64,000 nt of DNA from Myxococcota bacterium (GTDB lineage: Bacteria > Myxococcota_A > UBA796 > SXON01), in the NCBI GenBank assembly GCA_040386535.1, contig JAZKFH010000013.1:128001-192000 (forward strand), read 5' to 3'. Shown here one piece after another: positions 61,602 through 64,000 of the stretch (positions are counted from its first letter, which is position 1; each line of letters begins with the position of its first letter). Under the pieces are notes generated by a model, which worked only from the letters and a program-made list of their open reading frames with translations, ran no database searches and had not been told where the DNA came from. Position numbers and translations under genes: made by a program.

Positions 61602-63599
61602 TCAGTTCGCCGAGAACGGCAACGACGCGGTCTCGCCGGCCTTGACCGTGACCTGCTTGCTCTGGTCGATGCCCGCGCCCTCGTTCTTGACGCGCACCGT
61701 GTAGGTCCCGGCCGCGAGCGAGTAGCCGAAGATGGGGGTGTTCCCGATCTTCTTGCCGTCGACGAAGATCTCGGCCCAGCCGCCGCTCACGTTGACGGAC
61801 AGCTTGCCTTCGGCCTTGGCGCGCTCGGAGAGGGTGCGCTCGTAGGGCTCGCGGCCGCCGGAGCTCGGCAGGGACGCCGAGAAGCGCGCCGTGTCGAAGC
61901 CGGACATCCGGTACTCGACGGCGTAGCGGTTGCCCGCGACCCCGCTCCACTCGACGGGGGTGCGCCCGACGAGCCGCCCGTCGACGAACACGTCCGCGCC
62001 GGAGGGGCTCGAGGCGAACGCGGCGGTTGCCGAGGTGGCGACGGCCGTGCCCTGGGAGCTCCCACGCGGCGTGGCGCGGGGCGTGTCGGCGCGGCTCGCC
62101 GCCGACGGCGCGGCGATCTTCACGAGGTTGACCTGGAGGCGCACCCGTTCGCCGGCGGCGACGCTCACGGTCTCCTTGTAGGAGGCGTAGCCCTCCGCGG
62201 ACACCTCGATGATGTGGTCCGCGCCCGGCGCGAGCTCGCCGATCGTGACGTCGGTGCCCTCCCCGGAGAGCACGCCGTCGACCATCACCAGGGCCTCGAC
62301 CGGGCCCACCTTGAGCTGGACGGAGCCGGTCGACAGGGCCGCCGCGGCCTCGACGATCGGGGCGGCGGGCGCCTCGCGTTCCGGCCGCGTGAGGAAGAAC
62401 CCCGCGGTGCCGACGGAGAGCAGGAGCGCCAGCACGGCGACGACGTACGGGATCTTGGAGGCCGGCGCCGCGGGCTCCTGGATCACTGCGGTGCCCCCGC
62501 GCGTCCGCGTGCTCGGCGACTCCTCTTCCCAGTCGGGCTCCAACTCGACCGACTGCCCGCTCTCGTGGAGCGCCAGGGCGAGGCGCGTGCCCTCTTCGAG
62601 GCGGGCGCGCTCCTGGTTCACCTCGTCCGCGAAGAGCTCGGACATGAAGTGCGCGAGGCTCTGCTGCGTGAGGTCGGGCGAGGCTGGGTAGAGGAACTCG
62701 AGCAGGTCGGCGTGGAGCTCGCGCGCGTCCTGGTAGCGATCGCCCGCGTCCTTCGCGAGCGCGCGCATGACGATCTCGTCGAGGCGCGCGGGCACGGCCG
62801 GGTTGAGCGTGCTCGGAGGGTCGACGTCGCCCGACTTGATGCGCGCGAGGGTCTTGAGCTCGTCGTCACTCTTGAAGAGGCGGCGGCCGGTCAACATCTC
62901 GTGGAGGATGATGCCGAGGGAGAAGATGTCGGAGCGCCGGTCGAGCTCCTTGCCGCTCGCCTGCTCGGGGCTCATGTACTCGAACTTGCCCTTGAGCATG
63001 CCCGCGTCGGTGTCCTCGGCGCAGTTCGCCGCCTTGACGATGCCGAAGTCGGCGACCTTCACGTCGCCCCCGTAGGACACGAGCAGGTTCGACGGCGACA
63101 CGTCGCGGTGCACGATGCCGAGGGGCTGGCCCTGGCGCGTGGTGTGCTTGTGCGCGTGATCGAGGCCCTTCGCGGCCTCCATCGCGATGTACACCGCGAA
63201 CTCGCGCGGGAGCAGCTTGCGCCGCTCCGCGAGCTTGCGGAGGATCAACTTCACGTCCTTGCCCTCGACACACTCCATCGCGATGAAGTAGTTGTCGCGG
63301 ATGCGCGCGAAGTCGTAGATGCGCACGACGTTCGAGTGCTGCAGGAGCGCGGACACCTTCGCTTCGTCCATGAACATGCGGACGAATTGTTCGTTGTCCG
63401 ACAGGTGCGAGAGGATCCGCTTGATGACGAGCAGGTTCTCGAAGCCGCCGTGCCCGAAGGTCTTCGCCTTGAAGATCTCGGCCATGCCTCCCATGGCGAT
63501 CTTGTCGACCAGGAAGTACTTCCCGAACACTTCGGGAGAGAAGCCGGGGGCCTGCGTAGCTTCGGCGGGCCGGTCGGAGGCGGGAGCGCTCGGGTTCAT
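61602..63599 (-). CDS. Hanks-type Ser/Thr protein kinase with TM helix and PEGA domains
   Basis: GGMAEIF, VIKRIL, HRDVSPSN, DFG and GKFEYMSPEQ; C-terminal PEGA repeats. Confidence 0.93.
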   Translation of the reverse strand: MNPSAPASDRPAEATQAPGFSPEVFGKYFLVDKIAMGGMAEIFKAKTFGHGGFENLLVIKRILSHLSDNEQFVRMFMDEAKVSALLQHSNVVRIYDFARIRDNYFIAMECVEGKDVKLILRKLAERRKLLPREFAVYIAMEAAKGLDHAHKHTTRQGQPLGIVHRDVSPSNLLVSYGGDVKVADFGIVKAANCAEDTDAGMLKGKFEYMSPEQASGKELDRRSDIFSLGIILHEMLTGRRLFKSDDELKTLARIKSGDVDPPSTLNPAVPARLDEIVMRALAKDAGDRYQDARELHADLLEFLYPASPDLTQQSLAHFMSELFADEVNQERARLEEGTRLALALHESGQSVELEPDWEEESPSTRTRGGTAVIQEPAAPASKIPYVVAVLALLLSVGTAGFFLTRPEREAPAAPIVEAAAALSTGSVQLKVGPVEALVMVDGVLSGEGTDVTIGELAPGADHIIEVSAEGYASYKETVSVAAGERVRLQVNLVKIAAPSAASRADTPRATPRGSSQGTAVATSATAAFASSPSGADVFVDGRLVGRTPVEWSGVAGNRYAVEYRMSGFDTARFSASLPSSGGREPYERTLSERAKAEGKLSVNVSGGWAEIFVDGKKIGNTPIFGYSLAAGTYTVRVKNEGAGIDQSKQVTVKAGETASLPFSAN

Positions 63600-63656
63600 T
63601 CGGATCGCATCATACGGCGCGCCGACCATGCCGGTCAACGCGGGGCCGCCGGACGG

Positions 63657-63929
63657 TCAGGGCGCGGCGCTCTGATAGTTGTCGAGCAGCTGCTCGCAGG
63701 TCCACCATTCGCGGAGCTGCTGGGGGTCGCTCACCTCGAGGCACTCGAGCTGCTCGCCCTCGGCGAGGGTGGCGGTGGCGAAGTCGTCCCGGCAGGACTG
63801 CATGTCCTCGGAAGTGGAGGTGTAACCACACTCCCGAGCGTACTGGGCGATGTCGGCGCACAGCGCCTGACAGGGGTTGTCACAGCCGAACAACAAGGCC
63901 ATCACAGCGAGGGGCAGCAGGCGGACCAT
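63657..63929 (-). CDS. small Cys-rich lipoprotein
   Basis: ALLFGC lipobox followed by six further cysteines. Confidence 0.65.
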   Translation of the reverse strand: MVRLLPLAVMALLFGCDNPCQALCADIAQYARECGYTSTSEDMQSCRDDFATATLAEGEQLECLEVSDPQQLREWWTCEQLLDNYQSAAP

Positions 63930-64000
63930 CCGTCGTTCTCCGGCGCCGCAGCGTAGCAGGTACCATGGGCCCATGGCCACCTCGCCGTCACACCTGGGCG

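Overview
High-GC, gene-dense bacterial chromosomal window. The gene content (PEGA Ser/Thr kinase, Hsp70 paralogues, acidic lipoproteins, orphan CheA/CheW, lpxC) suggests a diderm Myxococcota-like organism; this is inference. Most of it is housekeeping: tcdA, an ABC-2 exporter, RNase P RNA, murA-dnaG-rpoD, a roughly 16 kb minus-strand run (hemW-grpE-dnaK-dnaJ-LpoA-like-thiL-two CNNM genes-cheW-cheA-IolM-like-Hsp70-TrmJ-like), eno and ruvCAB-DUF192-lpxC. Four things stand out. (1) The tRNA downstream of rpoD has a tRNA-Ile2-like body but a TAT anticodon (tRNA-Ile(UAU)), which is rare in bacteria and hints at TilS-independent AUA decoding. (2) An unannotated 15-codon Pro-rich ORF (MNWRPSPRPKPGPKA) has its own sigma70-like promoter, a strong SD, a terminator-like hairpin and a 14-bp tandem repeat. 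It heads a methyltransferase / B12-radical-SAM / HAD run that converges on a second B12-radical-SAM gene, so it is a candidate RiPP precursor or attenuator leader. (3) A 198-bp tandem duplication of three long hairpins, one of which contains the rpoD stop codon. (4) A VapBC / small protein / Ku / LigD islet directly behind the tRNA. All protein calls come from motif recognition by eye; no database searches were run.
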